A program made the position numbers and the translations under genes. DNA of 63,786 nucleotides, filler included, from Octopus bimaculoides (lineage: Eukaryota): assembly GCF_001194135.2 (NCBI RefSeq). It is 10 parts of 10 records of this genome, joined end to end, with 100 filler letters (N's around TTAATTAATTAA, not from the genome) between each part and the next. Parts side by side here need not be neighbours in the genome. Positions count along the whole stretch, not along the records: positions 1 to 9,886 come from NC_068987.1; positions 9,987 to 18,184 come from NW_026436125.1; 8 more parts are not named here. One strand, 5' to 3'. The stretch's first letter is position 1, and the number at the start of each line of letters is the position of its first letter. The notes beneath the pieces are model-generated. The model was not told the origin of the DNA. It worked only from the letters and a program-made list of their open reading frames with translations, and searched no databases. Positions 1 to 11,681 of this stretch are shown here, piece by piece.

Positions 1-44
1 TATATATATATGTAAATATACATGCATATACATACATAAATACA

Positions 45-100
<56 letters not shown>

Positions 101-126
101 TACGTATATATACGAATACGCACACG

Positions 127-160
<34 letters not shown>

Positions 161-182
161 CACGCATATGTATGTGTATATA
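1..182. repeat. (TA)n/(CA)n compound microsatellite
   Basis: Direct reading of dinucleotide runs. Confidence 0.95.
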
Positions 183-419
183 TATAATCATTTGTAGGAT
201 TCATTAGAATCATGGTATTTTGATAAGGACACCAAGTTAGTGCCAAGATAAGCATATCCTTGTATATACCGTATATGGACACTCACGCATATACGAACAT
301 ATCTTGACACTTACATACATATGCACATGAACAAACCAATATACACATCCTTATAAATATACATGTATACGAAATTATATACACATGCATGCTGGCATTC
401 ACTTTCACTATTCACTGTG

Positions 420-992
420 AGTTCCAGATCCAACGTAGGGAAGGTTACTGGTTATGGTTCTGATAAACCGACGAGAGGACGTCGATAAGGTGGCAGAAAA
501 AGTGATGCAAACCAATGTGGGGGACGCAAAAAGGCCTATACTGGAACATTACCAGTGGCCAGCAAACTAAAGCCAGCAATTCGTGATAAACGCCGAGGTC
601 AAATCAAGTATTACTGTTGCACAATAATGCACGCCCAGATAACCACCCACATCGTTGAAACCATTGGAAAATTGGGCTTAGAGCTGCTGGAACACCCAGC
701 ATACAGCCCACATCTCGCCCCTTCCAACTATCGCCACATTGGACCGCTCAATCATCCTTTACGAGGTCGTCGATTTGCTACGGACGGAGAAATGTAGGAA
801 GTGGTGCATAAATGGCTGCACGACCGGCAGCAAACCTTCTCCGATAGAATGATTAAGCTTGCAGGGCGCAAGAAAAAGTGCATCAAAAATCAAAGAGACT
901 GTTTCGAAAGATGTAATTCTTCAACCCCTGCTTTTGTTTGGATAAATTATAGAAACAAACAAGGGAGCGTATAGTTTTTGACTTATACTCGT
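420..992 (+). mobile_element. Mariner transposon 3' remnant (decayed transposase, 3' TIR)
   Basis: ORF 555-797 gives LKPAIRDKRRG...LELLEHPAYSPHLAPSNY..GPLNHPLRGRRF, matching the mariner HPPYSPDLAPSDY..L..RF motif; frameshifted; ends TTTTTGACTTATACTCG. Confidence 0.9.
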
Positions 993-1001
993 GTATGTAT
1001 G

Positions 1002-1838
1002 TACGACGGGGTACCCAACAGAAACCGGAATTTTGTGATATTGTTTTATTCACTTAGTTTTACATGTTTACACCTTTTATCGCTTTCAAAGTATTCTCCA
1101 TTTGAAGCAATGCATCGGTCCAGACGCGTTTTCCACAGTTCGAAGCAGTGCTGGAATTGCTGCGAAGTGAAGCCTGTTAACTCCTCGTCGATTTTTTTTC
1201 TTCACCTCTTCTACATCTGCAAATTCCGTTGCACCAGCTTCCGTCATCAGTGATGACACGCATTCAATCGTAACTGTTTTTGATTTTCTGTGAGCAAGCG
1301 AGGCACAAATGTTGCTGCATCTCTTTTCATTTGCATTCCTCGCTCAAAATTCGTTGACTCCAGGACACACTAGTCATGTCAACAAGTTCGTCAATTGTTT
1401 GGTGACGATCCTTGAAGATCAGTTCATGAATATTCGTGATGTTTGCATTCGTTCGGGAGTGAGGGTTGACGGTAGCCCTGAACGAGGTTGGTCTTCAAGC
1501 GATAAGCGACCATTCGTAAACTATTTTTCTTGCTCATGGCAGCGTCCTTGTAAGTTGTTTGAAGCATAACAGCTGTTTCGGCCGCCGTTTTCTCTGGCAG
1601 AAAATTTCACGGAAGTATGCTGTTCCTTCGTTTCAGCTAACGCAAAAATCAACAAACAGGGGAGAAGCACTGGAAAAACAAAGACGCACAACGTGGCAAA
1701 AGGACTTCACTGAAAGACGCCGGTCGGCAGACTGATACCTGTGGGCTGCATCACGTGGCTTCTAGCGGCGGAAGTCTGAACTACAACGGGCTTTTCCCCT
1801 GGAGAACGTTCCCGGTTACTTTTGGGTACCTCCTCATA
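1002..1838 (-). mobile_element. Internally deleted mariner with both TIRs
   Basis: Imperfect ~30-bp TIRs TACGACGGGGTACCCAACAGAAACCGG (1002) and rc TATGAGGAGGTACCCAAAAGTAACCGG (1838). Minus strand gives EDQPRSGLPST, FVPRLLTENQK and CFELWKTRLDRCIASNGEYFESD; the DDD domain is missing. Confidence 0.9.
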
Positions 1839-2422
1839 TACGTATGTGTGTGTGTGTGTGTGTATACACACATACACACACGCTCACACACATGTATATC
1901 GTATTCATGGGATACCTTTCATGAATGAAGCCATCTCGATGTAATTATCGATATATGTAAATGACATAATATACGGCATCTAAAGAAATGGGGCTATAAC
2001 CTATTAATATCAAAATGCATGAAACATTAACTTACAAACTGAAGAACGAAGATCACGCCCTTTTAAATTATATAAAAGAATTCCTAGCCTTTGCTAAACC
2101 TTAGGCATACGGGATAATTATCGGAGAAGTTCTGGTCATCGACTCGAATCAACCGGGTAATCTGTTCTTGAGGACTTTCGACTCCTCTAGTCTGACCGTG
2201 TTACCTGTAGTGAGGCACTATTTATAGACCAGTTCTACAAGCATATAAATGCCGTAAGCCGAGACTTCCACGATGCGCTCTGAGTGATGAAACTGCTCTG
2301 TAGCCACTCGTGGAATGCCAGGTCTTAGTTTACTCATAGAGATTGGTCGCACATGTCGAACAACTTTTGTCACATGTAAGACGGATCCCTCTTTCAACAG
2401 ATACTACCGAAAAAATATTGGT

Positions 2423-2635
2423 TTCAAACTTTGGCACAAGGCCAGCAATTTAGGGTGGGGGAAAGCCTGTCGATTATATCGACCCCAGTGCTCAACTGGT
2501 TCTTATTTTATCGATCCCAAAAGGATGAAAGGCAGAGTGAACGCCAGCGGAATTTGAAATCAGAACATAAAGACGAACGAAATATCGCTAAACATTTTTG
2601 CCCGGGTTGCTACTGATTCTGTCAGTACGCCGCTA
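2423..2635 (-). mobile_element. tRNA-derived SINE, family S1 (AAGGCGGTGAGCTGGC head)
   Basis: Reverse complement of the S1 copies at 3567-5165. Confidence 0.8.
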
Positions 2636-2682
2636 CCGAAAATATATTACCACAGTTTTTTTTGTTTTTTTTTTTAACCAAG

Positions 2683-2708
2683 AAGGGTAGGCAGTTTTCG
2701 TCTATACG
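2683..2708 (+). CDS. Candidate 26-nt micro-exon (RVGSFRLY)
   Basis: Long poly-T tract, CAAG acceptor and G|GTAACT donor; splice signals only. Confidence 0.25.
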
Positions 2709-3028
2709 GTAACTACCCGGTGGACTCGGAAGAAAGAACTGCAGAGGGACAAGTTTCTCTTCAAAGAGGTCCTCATTGACTTTAAGTTTCTTTTGATAAG
2801 CGATATGTTGTTTCTCACTGAGATTGTTGAACGGTGGGTGATTGTGAAGAGTATAACCTGAGTGACTTGGTCTGCGCTCAGTATGTACTTATAAGCTATA
2901 TAAGAACGTCTAAGAAAAGTCATATACTCTTATTGCTCAAGATAACACCAAATCTGTGGTGTCCCTTGGTAGACTTTTAGTGAAGGTCCCTCCATTGTGG
3001 ACCTTACCTTGATGGTATTTCATTATGT

Positions 3029-4371
3029 AAGGCGGTCAAATGGCGGAGTCATGAGTGCATTAGACATATTGCTTTGTGCTAATCATTCTGGTTTTCAACG
3101 CTTTTAATTCAAATCCCGCCGAATTCAACTTAGCCACTTTTTCTTTTGAAGTCGACAAGGCAGCTACTTTGTAATAGAGTCGACCCTCCGCTTTCTTTTT
3201 TTTTTCTCTCATTTTTTCTTTCTGTCTCTTCCTTTCCATCTTTCGGTTCGTCTGTCTGTCTGTCTATCTGTCTGTACGGATGTATGTTTCTCTAAGAAGA
3301 AGAAGAAATCAGATGAGATCAGTGCTAGATGAGATCACTTCGCTTGGCCTAAAAATATCCAAGTTACGCTATATATCAAGACGGCCGCCCCCACAAGATG
3401 AGACCCGTGGTATAACATGGTATTATACATCTGTTATTACTTTACTTCTTACACATTTTAACGTTAACTCTCACTGTTTTGATCCCTTTTTTTTTGTATT
3501 GTCTTTAAAATCTTTGGACCATTATAGCCAACACATTGATTGTCATTCTACATATTTACTACATTGAAGGTAGCGAGCTGGTGGATTCGTTAGCATGCCG
3601 GGCAAAATGCTTTGCGGCATTTCGTCCGTTTTTATGTTCTAAGTTTAAATTCTAACGAGGTCTTTCATCCTTTCGCGGTCGATAAAATAAGTACCAGTTG
3701 AGTACTGGGGGTCGATGTAACTTCAGGCCTTGTGCCTATAGTAAAAAGGATTATTTACTGCATTGAAGGTAGCGAGCTGGTAGAATTGTTAGCGTGTCGG
3801 ACAAAACGCTTATTGACATTTCTTCTGACTTTACGTTCTGAGTTCAAATTCCGACGAAATAAAATTAACTTTTCATCCTTTCGGGATCGATAAAATTAAT
3901 ACCATTTGAACACTGGAGTCGATGTAATCGACAAGCCCCCCTCCCGCACGATTTCAGGCGTTGTGCCTATAATAGAAAGGATTATTAAGGCAGCGAGCTG
4001 GCAGAATCGTTAGCATATCGGACAAAATACTTAATAGCATTTCTTCTGATTCTTTACGATCTGAGTTCAAATTCGGTTGAGGTCTACTTTGCCATTCATT
4101 CTTTTGGGGTCGAAAAGTTAAGTGCCAGTGAAACAACGGGGTCGAGGTAATCGACTAGTCCGCTCCCCCATATTTCAGGCCTTGACCCTACAGTTGAAAG
4201 GATTATTATTATTCCGCTGATGTCGAATTCGCCTTTCATACTTTGGGAGTCGATAAATCAAGTACCATTTGAGTACTGGGGTCGATGTGATAAACTGCCC
4301 TCCTCCCCCCCAGAAATCCAGGCCTTATGCCTACAGTAGAAAGGATTATAATTATAATTATTATTATTATT
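3029..4371 (+). mobile_element. Stack of S1 SINEs (about 3029, 3567, 3766, 3987 and a truncated copy at 4213)
   Basis: Repeated ~200-bp unit: AAGG(C/T)AGCGAGCTGG head, GTTCAAATTCC B-box, tail GGCCTTGTGCCTATAGTAGAAAGGATTATT. Confidence 0.9.
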
Positions 4372-4869
4372 GTTCAGTAGTTTTTTTTTATAACGTGCTT
4401 TCACTTCACTACCGAGCGTAGCTCTGTGCGCCTTGGGTATGTGCTGTGATTTGCTGTGGTGCTCTTATGTTTACTGTACTGAAAGTGTTTTGCGTAGAAT
4501 GTGTGCAGTACCCAGTAGTGCAATTTTCTGTATGTTATATATATTTGTAAGTCCTGGTGTTTTTGTTATGTATTTGTCTGAATATTTTTTTATTATACCT
4601 AAGGCACCTACTATGATAGGAATTGTTTCTGTTTTTAGACTCCACATTCGAGTTATCTCTATTTCCAGGTCTTTGTATTTTGAAAGTTTTTCCATTTNNN
4701 NNNNNNNNNNNNNNNNNNNNNNNNNNNCTGGTATTGATACATCAATTAGAAAGCATTTTTTTTCTTCATGATCTTTGACAACTATATCTGGTCTATTTGC
4801 CTTAATTTCTCTATCTGTGTGTATTGGCATATCCCAGAGTATGGTTGCTTTCTCGTTTTCTGTGACCTT
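4372..4869 (-). mobile_element. R4/Dong-clade non-LTR retrotransposon 3' end (restriction-like endonuclease)
   Basis: ORF 4471-4887 KVTENEKATILWDMPIHTDREIKANRPDIVVKD...LIDVSIP...EKLSKYKDL...IPIIVGALG...QKIALLGTAHILRK is a PD-D-K RLE domain; followed by 3'UTR and (AAT)n tail. Confidence 0.9.
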
Positions 4870-4883
4870 TATTATCATCATCA

Positions 4884-4942
<59 letters not shown>
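4870..4942. repeat. (ATC/ATT)n microsatellite
   Basis: Direct reading. Confidence 0.95.
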
Positions 4943-4944
<2 letters not shown>

Positions 4945-5165
4945 GGCGGTGAGCTGGCGGAATCGTTAGGACGTCGGGTAAAATGCTGCAAAGTATTTCG
5001 CCCGTCGCTACGTTCTGAGATCGAATTCACCGAAGTTGACTTTTCCTTTCACCCTTTCGGGATCGATTAATTAAGTATCAGTCATGCACTGGTGTCGATG
5101 TAATCGACTAACCCCATACCCCCAAATTTCAGGTATTGTGCTTATCAATAGAAAGGACTATTACT
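4943..5165 (+). mobile_element. S1 SINE
   Basis: AAGGCGGTGAGCTGGCGGAATCG head; tail GTGCTTATCAATAGAAAGGACTATT. Confidence 0.9.
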
Positions 5166-5580
5166 ATCATTTATCGCATGATCTATGGCCTAGTGGTAAG
5201 AGTATTGTATTCACGATCGAGAAATTGTGATAAAGTACTGAGGTCGATAATATCGACTAAACCCTTACTTATAAAATTTCTGTCCCTGCATCTAAGCAAG
5301 AAAACAGCTTTAGCTATTTATTGCATAGCCCCACTTTTGACGAGAGTGAGCAATAAAGATTTTTGCCTTATATTGGAGATTTTATATGTAAGTAAAGAAA
5401 GCTGCAATAATTTTTTTTTTCTTTTACTTGTCATTGATTCTCAGGAACGAAACCTGTTTCTGACAAAATCGCAACATGAACTTATTTGAAGTAGGTGTGG
5501 GGATGTTCCTCTAAGAAAACAGTGCCTATAAATCTTGTAGAACAGGTTTTTAGCTATGTAAACGTAGGTGTAGTACTCAC

Positions 5581-5607
5581 AGATACTTTTGTTGACAATG
5601 AGAACGG
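5581..5607 (-). CDS. Candidate 27-nt micro-exon
   Basis: Minus-strand acceptor TTTTTTCCCTTTTTGTTAACATAG and donor GTGAGTAC; all three frames open. Confidence 0.3.
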
Positions 5608-5764
5608 CTATGTTAACAAAAAGGGAAAAAAATGCATTGTTCTTTTTGCATATTTTTTATACTGCTATTTATATAGTTACTTCTGACCTTTGTGGCCTTT
5701 CACCATCATCTTATTACAGTGACACACACACGCACAATTACACACACACACACACACAGACACA

Positions 5765-5808
<44 letters not shown>

Positions 5809-6065
5809 CGCGCGGGCACACATTCATATATCTGCACTTAAACACATATACACGCATGTATAGATTCACATACATCCAAAAACATCGTAGTAGTAGTAGC
5901 AGCAGCAGCAGCAGTAGCAGTAGCAGCAGCAGCAACCGTAATAGTAGTAGTGGTAGTAGTAGCAGTTGTAGTAGTAGAGTTTTTTTTTTAAATGTACAAT
6001 TCTATTACAAATCTATGAAGTAATTATGTCACGGGTAAGGCAAAACAATTTTTTTACACGATTTC

Positions 6066-6073
6066 CCGGAAGT
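6066..6073 (+). promoter_or_regulatory. ETS-type CCGGAAGT motif
   Basis: Consensus match about 80 nt upstream of the ATG at 6152. Confidence 0.3.
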
Positions 6074-6151
6074 AACAAATTAAGTTGCCAAACTCCAAAG
6101 ATAACAAAAAACCAGAAAGACATCACATTCTCTCGCAATTAACCCCGGATC

Positions 6152-6348
6152 ATGCCTGACCCGCCTAGAAACGATATGAATATTCATCAACAAAGTGACG
6201 ACAGTATGTTTCCCAGTGACGATCATTTGAAAGACGATAATTCAGCAGACGTTGTTAACGCTGCTTGCATCAACCTGGATAAAGGGAACCAATTATCAGA
6301 GGAGACGGATGCAGACATGTATGAAAATGTAGAATCAGCGAAAAAGAA
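6152..6348 (+). CDS. Candidate first coding exon, acidic N-terminus of an unknown protein
   Basis: MPDPPRNDMNIHQQSDDSMF...YENVESAKK; in-frame stop 5' of the ATG; donor AA|GTAAGT at 6349; non-repeat sequence. Confidence 0.45.
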
Positions 6349-6529
6349 GTAAGTAAACAAATTATAGCCATTGCTAGTATTGTTGTTGCTGTTGTTGTTC
6401 TTGCGATTCTTGTTGTTGTTGGTAGTGGTGGTGGTTAGCCACGAGTCAAGTACGATGGAGTAGACCAATGAACAAAAGCATTTCTGAAGCGACCATCACG
6501 TCTTTTTAGAGAGGACTATAGGAATAGAT

Positions 6530-6579
<50 letters not shown>

Positions 6580-6920
6580 ACACGTTAAAGTGGTAAAGCA
6601 TCATTTGAGGGAATATGTCTGCTTTTTTTTAGCGGATCAAGCGACTGAATAGAGGCACAAAAACTGTCTCCTGTTGTTGTTGCGATGGAGTAGACCTACG
6701 ATCAAAATCATTCCTAATGTGACCATCCAGTCTTTTTTGGAGCGGTCTACACGAATACATCTTCAAATGTGTGAACTCCTTAATCAAAATGGCAGAGTAT
6801 CAGTTGAAGGAATTCATCTGCTGTTTCTAGCAGATCAAACCACCGAATTGAGGCTCAAGAATTGCTTGTGTTGTTATTGCTGCTGCTGCTGCTGATGTTG
6901 ATGTTTTAATTTAACTCCAG

Positions 6921-6982
6921 CTATTCGATTGATTATATCAATGATCGAAGTCGGTCTACTCGTGGCCATCGCATCTTTTTGA
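6921..6982 (+). CDS. Candidate exon (xIRLIISMIE, or terminal xIRLIISMIEVGLLVAIASF*)
   Basis: Acceptor TTTAATTTAACTCCAG; hydrophobic frame; weak alternative donor after 6949. Confidence 0.3.
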
Positions 6983-7435
6983 GTATCAGAGACAATAATA
7001 TCCAACGTATACATCTTTCTTTCGCAAGATAACATATAATTCGAGGGAGATTTGATTGTTATTTCTAGAAACACACCGTTATTGGAGTTGTGGTGACAGT
7101 GGAGGTAGTTAGCGAAGTGATAGCGGTATCGTTATCATTGTGATGCATGATGGTGGAGGTAGAGGCAGAGATGGTGGTGGAGGTGGAGGCGGTGGTGGAG
7201 GTGGTGGTAGAGGTGGTAGTGATGTTAACTGGACGTCGGTGTGAACCATACTTTAAGAGGTATTGTCCGTGACGACATTGCAACAGTTTTATTTCATTTT
7301 AAATTGTGTGTGTATGTGTGTGTGAGTGTATACATGTATATTTGTGTGTGTGTTCGTGTATGTACATATATGTATATGTATATGTGTATATTTATGTGTT
7401 TGTGTATGTATACACACACACGCTATATATATGTA

Positions 7436-7443
<8 letters not shown>

Positions 7444-7491
<48 letters not shown>
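7444..7491. repeat. (AAT)n microsatellite
   Basis: Direct reading. Confidence 0.95.
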
Positions 7492-7493
7492 GC

Positions 7494-7740
7494 GGAGGCG
7501 CAATGTCCCGGTGTTTATTGAGCGAAACACCTAAGCTCCACGAGGCTCCGGCAGGGAGTGGTGGCGACCCCTGTTGTATTCTTTCGCCCCAACTTTCTCT
7601 CACTCTTTCTTCCTGTTTCTTGAGTAACGCTGCGATGGACTGGCGTCCCGTCCAACTGGGGGCGGGGGGAAACACATACGCCATAGAAACCGGGAAACCG
7701 GGCCCATGAGCCTGGCTAGGCTTTGAAAGGGAAGACGTTT
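7494..7740 (+). mobile_element. SINE family S3 with V-domain-like tail; tRNA head internally deleted
   Basis: GGAGGCGCAATG head; GCTGCGATGGACTGGCGTCCCGTCCA segment; matches 53505-53785. Confidence 0.85.
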
Positions 7741-7949
7741 TTTTTTTTATATATATAATAAAGATGGATGGATGGGTGGACTGACGGTTTGGCGGAAGGA
7801 GGGATGAATAAAAAAACATTCACATATATACACATACTAATATATAAACGTATAAAAATATGTATTTACACGTGTGGAATTTGACTGACGACTGCTGTAT
7901 ATAATTATATAACATATATACATATAATATCTATGTCTATGTGTGTATG

Positions 7950-8059
<110 letters not shown>

Positions 8060-8156
8060 ATGCTCAACAACTGTCTCGTTGGAAGTGTAGGTATGTATTA
8101 ATTGTGTAAAATTGAAGAATTTAATCGCTGCTCCTGTTTCATTCATCTTTCCTCAG

Positions 8157-8188
8157 GCCGTGACGTTCTGTATTCATATTCGTTCGAT
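8157..8188 (+). CDS. Candidate 32-nt micro-exon
   Basis: Acceptor TTTCATTCATCTTTCCTCAG and donor GTGAGT; reads AVTFCIHIRS or RDVLYSYSFD. Confidence 0.35.
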
Positions 8189-8344
8189 GTGAGTTACGCA
8201 GAATCCACTCAATAATTAAAATCTTCATTATAAACAAAAATGCATAAACAAAAAGAAACACACGCATGCGCGCGCAGCAATATATAAACATATAAGGACG
8301 GTTATGACAAACAGGGTTTATACATATCTTTTGTCTTTACATTT

Positions 8345-8535
8345 TGCTAGTTTCGGTCATTCGACTGCGGCTCGTGCTGGAGCACCCTTTGACGGATGCA
8401 GTCGAACAAATCGACCCCAGTAATTATTTTTTTAAACTGGTACCACTTCTATTGGTTTCTTTTTCTGAACTCGCTAAGATACAAGAATGTAAACAAACCA
8501 AGACCAATTACCAAGCTAATCCAATGGGGTACTGA
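8345..8535 (-). mobile_element. SINE family S2, tail fragment
   Basis: GTTTCGGTCATTCGACTGCGG..GCTGGAGCACC..AAATCGACCCCAG, shared with 17900, 30915 and 50150. Confidence 0.8.
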
Positions 8536-8605
8536 AGTCTCACTATGCATTTCATTTCTTGGTTCGATTTGCATTTTATAAAGTTTTATAGCAAGGAAGT
8601 GAAGT

Positions 8606-8935
8606 TCGCACGGCTAAGTGGTTAGAGCGTCGAACTTACGATCGTGAGGTTGTGAGTTCGAATCCCAGACCGGGCTACGTGTTGTGTTCTTGATCAAGAC
8701 ACTTTATTTCACGTTGCTCCAGTTCACTCAGCTGTAGAAATGAGTTGCTACGTCACAGGTGCCAAACTGTATCAGCCTTTGCCTTTCCCTTGGATAACAC
8801 TGGTAGCGTGGAGAGGGGAGACCAATATGCATGGGCGACTGCTGGTCTTCCATATACAACCTTGCCCGGACTTGTGCCTAGGAGGGTAACTTCTTAGGTG
8901 CAATCCCATGGTCAGTCATGGCCGAAGGGGGTCTC
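8606..8935 (+). mobile_element. tRNA-head SINE with CORE-like segment (family S4)
   Basis: A-box GGCTAAGTGG, B-box GTTCGAATCC, then CTTGATCAAGACACTTTATTTCACGTTGCTCCAGTTCACTCAGCTGTAGAAATG. Confidence 0.8.
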
Positions 8936-9358
8936 TGCATAGCGAGGAATGCGAGGCACGAACATAAAAAGTCACATCCGCTCTCATGATACAGGGATGA
9001 ACGTAAATCAGAACAATCAGGCTGAATATGACTCGGCTATCATCTGACAAGATGTGGCTATCATCTGACAAGATGTGGCGATCATCATGTATGTATGTAT
9101 GTATGTATGTATGTTAGTGACTTCCTTGAATACCATTTACAAATGCTTGTAAATTGTGTTCAAGGAAATAACTCACTATCCTCCGCCACCACAACCCCTC
9201 ATTAATCAGTAGGTGCTCTAACATAATCTTTTCCTGTAAGCACAAATTTTATAACTCGTTTGCTCATTATGTAATGTCTATAATTTCTCCTGATTACGAT
9301 TCAGGTAGCTACATATCCTTTCTTTCTTTCTCTTTTTACTCCATTTCTCTTTTTCTTT

Positions 9359-9404
<46 letters not shown>

Positions 9405-9930
9405 GTTCCTTTTGTACCTTTTTCCATATCTCAGCATATCTTCCTCTGCTGCTACCTTACTATCGTTCATCGAATTCCTTCCTTGGCCCCTTCCCGGCTT
9501 CATCTATAGCTCGTACAATTCAATCCCATCTTACCAATTTGTTATACTAACAACCAATCTATCTATCTATCTATCTATCTATCTATTTTCCTTAGACACA
9601 TACAATAGGAATACAAAATACAAAATGGCTGATCGTTAGTAAGGAGGGACACACAAATAAGAAAGAAGAAAGCAAAGGACCACTGGTGAGGTCACAGAAA
9701 TGGCCGAAATACGATTAATGTAATGTAATGTAATATAAAGCTGAAGCAAATTAACAGCCAATATATAGTGCGTGTGTTTTTATTGGCTAAACTGGCAACA
9801 TGACCATCCCCAAATACAACAATATCTGTTTCAACACACGATTTCACATCAAGAATCTTGCAAAACAAATATATATATATATATATNNNNNNNNNNNNNN
9901 NNNNNNNNNNNNNNNNNNNNNNNNNNNNNN

Positions 9931-9942
9931 TTAATTAATTAA
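9931..9942. other. Artificial scaffolding linker TTAATTAATTAA inside N gaps (also at 18229, 35252, 40155, 46997, 52951, 54156, 56991, 62591)
   Basis: Identical 12-mer, always flanked by N on both sides, giving stops in all six frames. Confidence 0.95.
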
Positions 9943-10029
9943 NNNNNNNNNNNNNNNNNNNNNNNNNNNNNNNNNNNNNNNNNNNNTATATATATATATA
10001 TATTTCTTTTTTAATAATTATATACAAAA

Positions 10030-11681
10030 TTATAGCAAGAGGTTGGTTATACGCTTTTCCACGCGCTAGAAAAATAGACGCCTAAAGACGCTATTACCAC
10101 GGGCTGTAGTCGGTCAGAAGAAAGATATTGAATTGAACTTTTTGTTAATCGTGTACAAGACCCTGTTTCAAGCTTAAGGTAAAAAAAAATTATACCTACT
10201 GCTCTCATCAGCAAACGGTATTCCAGTGTATAAATTTTCAACCACGTGTAGTATATCAAAACATACTCTGCAGTGAATGCAGTTTTGANNNNNNNNNNAT
10301 ATCAAAACATACTCTGCAGTGAATGCAGTTTTGATCCAGGATAAATTTTTCAAATATTAATTATAATAAAGAGAAAAGAGAGATGAGAATTCTACTTTAC
10401 TGTATATTTCTGCTGGTGAGAGCAGTAGGTATAATTTTTTTAAACCTGAAGCTTGAAATNNNNNNNNNNATCTTGTACACGATTAACCAAAAGTTTAATT
10501 CATTATCTTTCTTTTGTCCGACTACGGCCCGTGTTTTATTTTTCGGAGTTTTTAAGGTGGTAATAACGTGGAATGAAACAAATTTTCCTCAACTGTCATG
10601 CATGAACTTGGAACATATCCATCTTGCTAATTCTGATTCCAAATTTCAAATACTTCTCTTATAGGCTCCAATTTATCATCACTTCTCTTTTGTCTTCTTG
10701 CACTAGCATCATCAAAACGCAATACTTGTAAAATCTGNNNNNNNNNNTAAAATCTGTTGAAATCTTCCCCGGCTCATAATTTTGTTGAATATTGGGCAAC
10801 CATCTTCTTGACTCCGTAACTGTGTGACATTTTCACGTTTAGCTTTATAAAAACCTATAAGAATAATCAGTCCAATCAGTCCGGAGTGATCAATTACCTT
10901 CCATTTATCTTTGTAAACAACCTGACCTTTAACATTTGTCCATTTACGAATTACTTCAAGAAGATTCTGGCGCATAAAGANNNNNNNNNNCCATTTACGA
11001 ATTACTTCAAGAAGATTCTGGCGCATAAAGATAGTAAAACTCGTTTCAATGCTATCACAAAACCTTTTAGCGTCATCACATAGAAATATTGCATTACTCT
11101 ATAACCTAGCAGATTGAAGGTGATGCAATACCACACAAATTTACAGGANNNNNNNNNNCTAGCAGATTGAAGGTGATGCAATACCACACAAATTTACAGG
11201 AATATTTTTCCTATTTTTTCTAAAATTCAGCAAATAGATTCTATTTACTTTATATCTGATAAATATCTAGGGAAATAATATTTGATACTGCTTTTATTCT
11301 GTTTAGNNNNNNNNNNATTTGATACTGCTTTTATTCTGTTTAGAATGACAAAAGTATTGTCTGAATATAATTCGAGGGTCCAATGGACCCATATGGTAAT
11401 TAATGTATAAAGTGAAATTNNNNNNNNNNCATATGGTAATTAATGTATAAAGTGAAATTTTCTAGCTTTTATAAACATATGGAAAGTTTCCCATTCGACA
11501 AATAAAAGAGTCAAGAAAAAATAAGAGTCATGAGAAATCAGCTGAATCAAATAATATAAACAGTAGGAAAAAGCAACTGAAAAAACTGAAATGNNNNNNN
11601 NNNAATAATATAAACAGTAGGAAAAAGCAACTGAAAAAACTGAAATGGGTCCAATGGACCCATTGGTAGACAGAAGGTTAA
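10030..11681 (-). mobile_element. Decayed piggyBac transposon (5' terminus with TTAA)
   Basis: Minus frames LIGLIILIGFYKAKRENV..IFNKIMSRGRFQQIL..LRFDD..DKLEPIREVFEIWN match PGBD4-like transposases; terminus TTAA|CCTTCTGTCTACC at 11681-11665; palindromic subterminal repeats. Confidence 0.85.

Noticed and set aside
8606-8680. tRNA-like sequence (also at 51258 and 54678)
   Set aside because: No complete cloverleaf, and it continues into SINE body; these are SINE heads
9035-9086. 21-bp tandem duplication (similar ones at 16351-16396 and 44622-44660)
   Set aside because: Ordinary slippage duplications with no spacers
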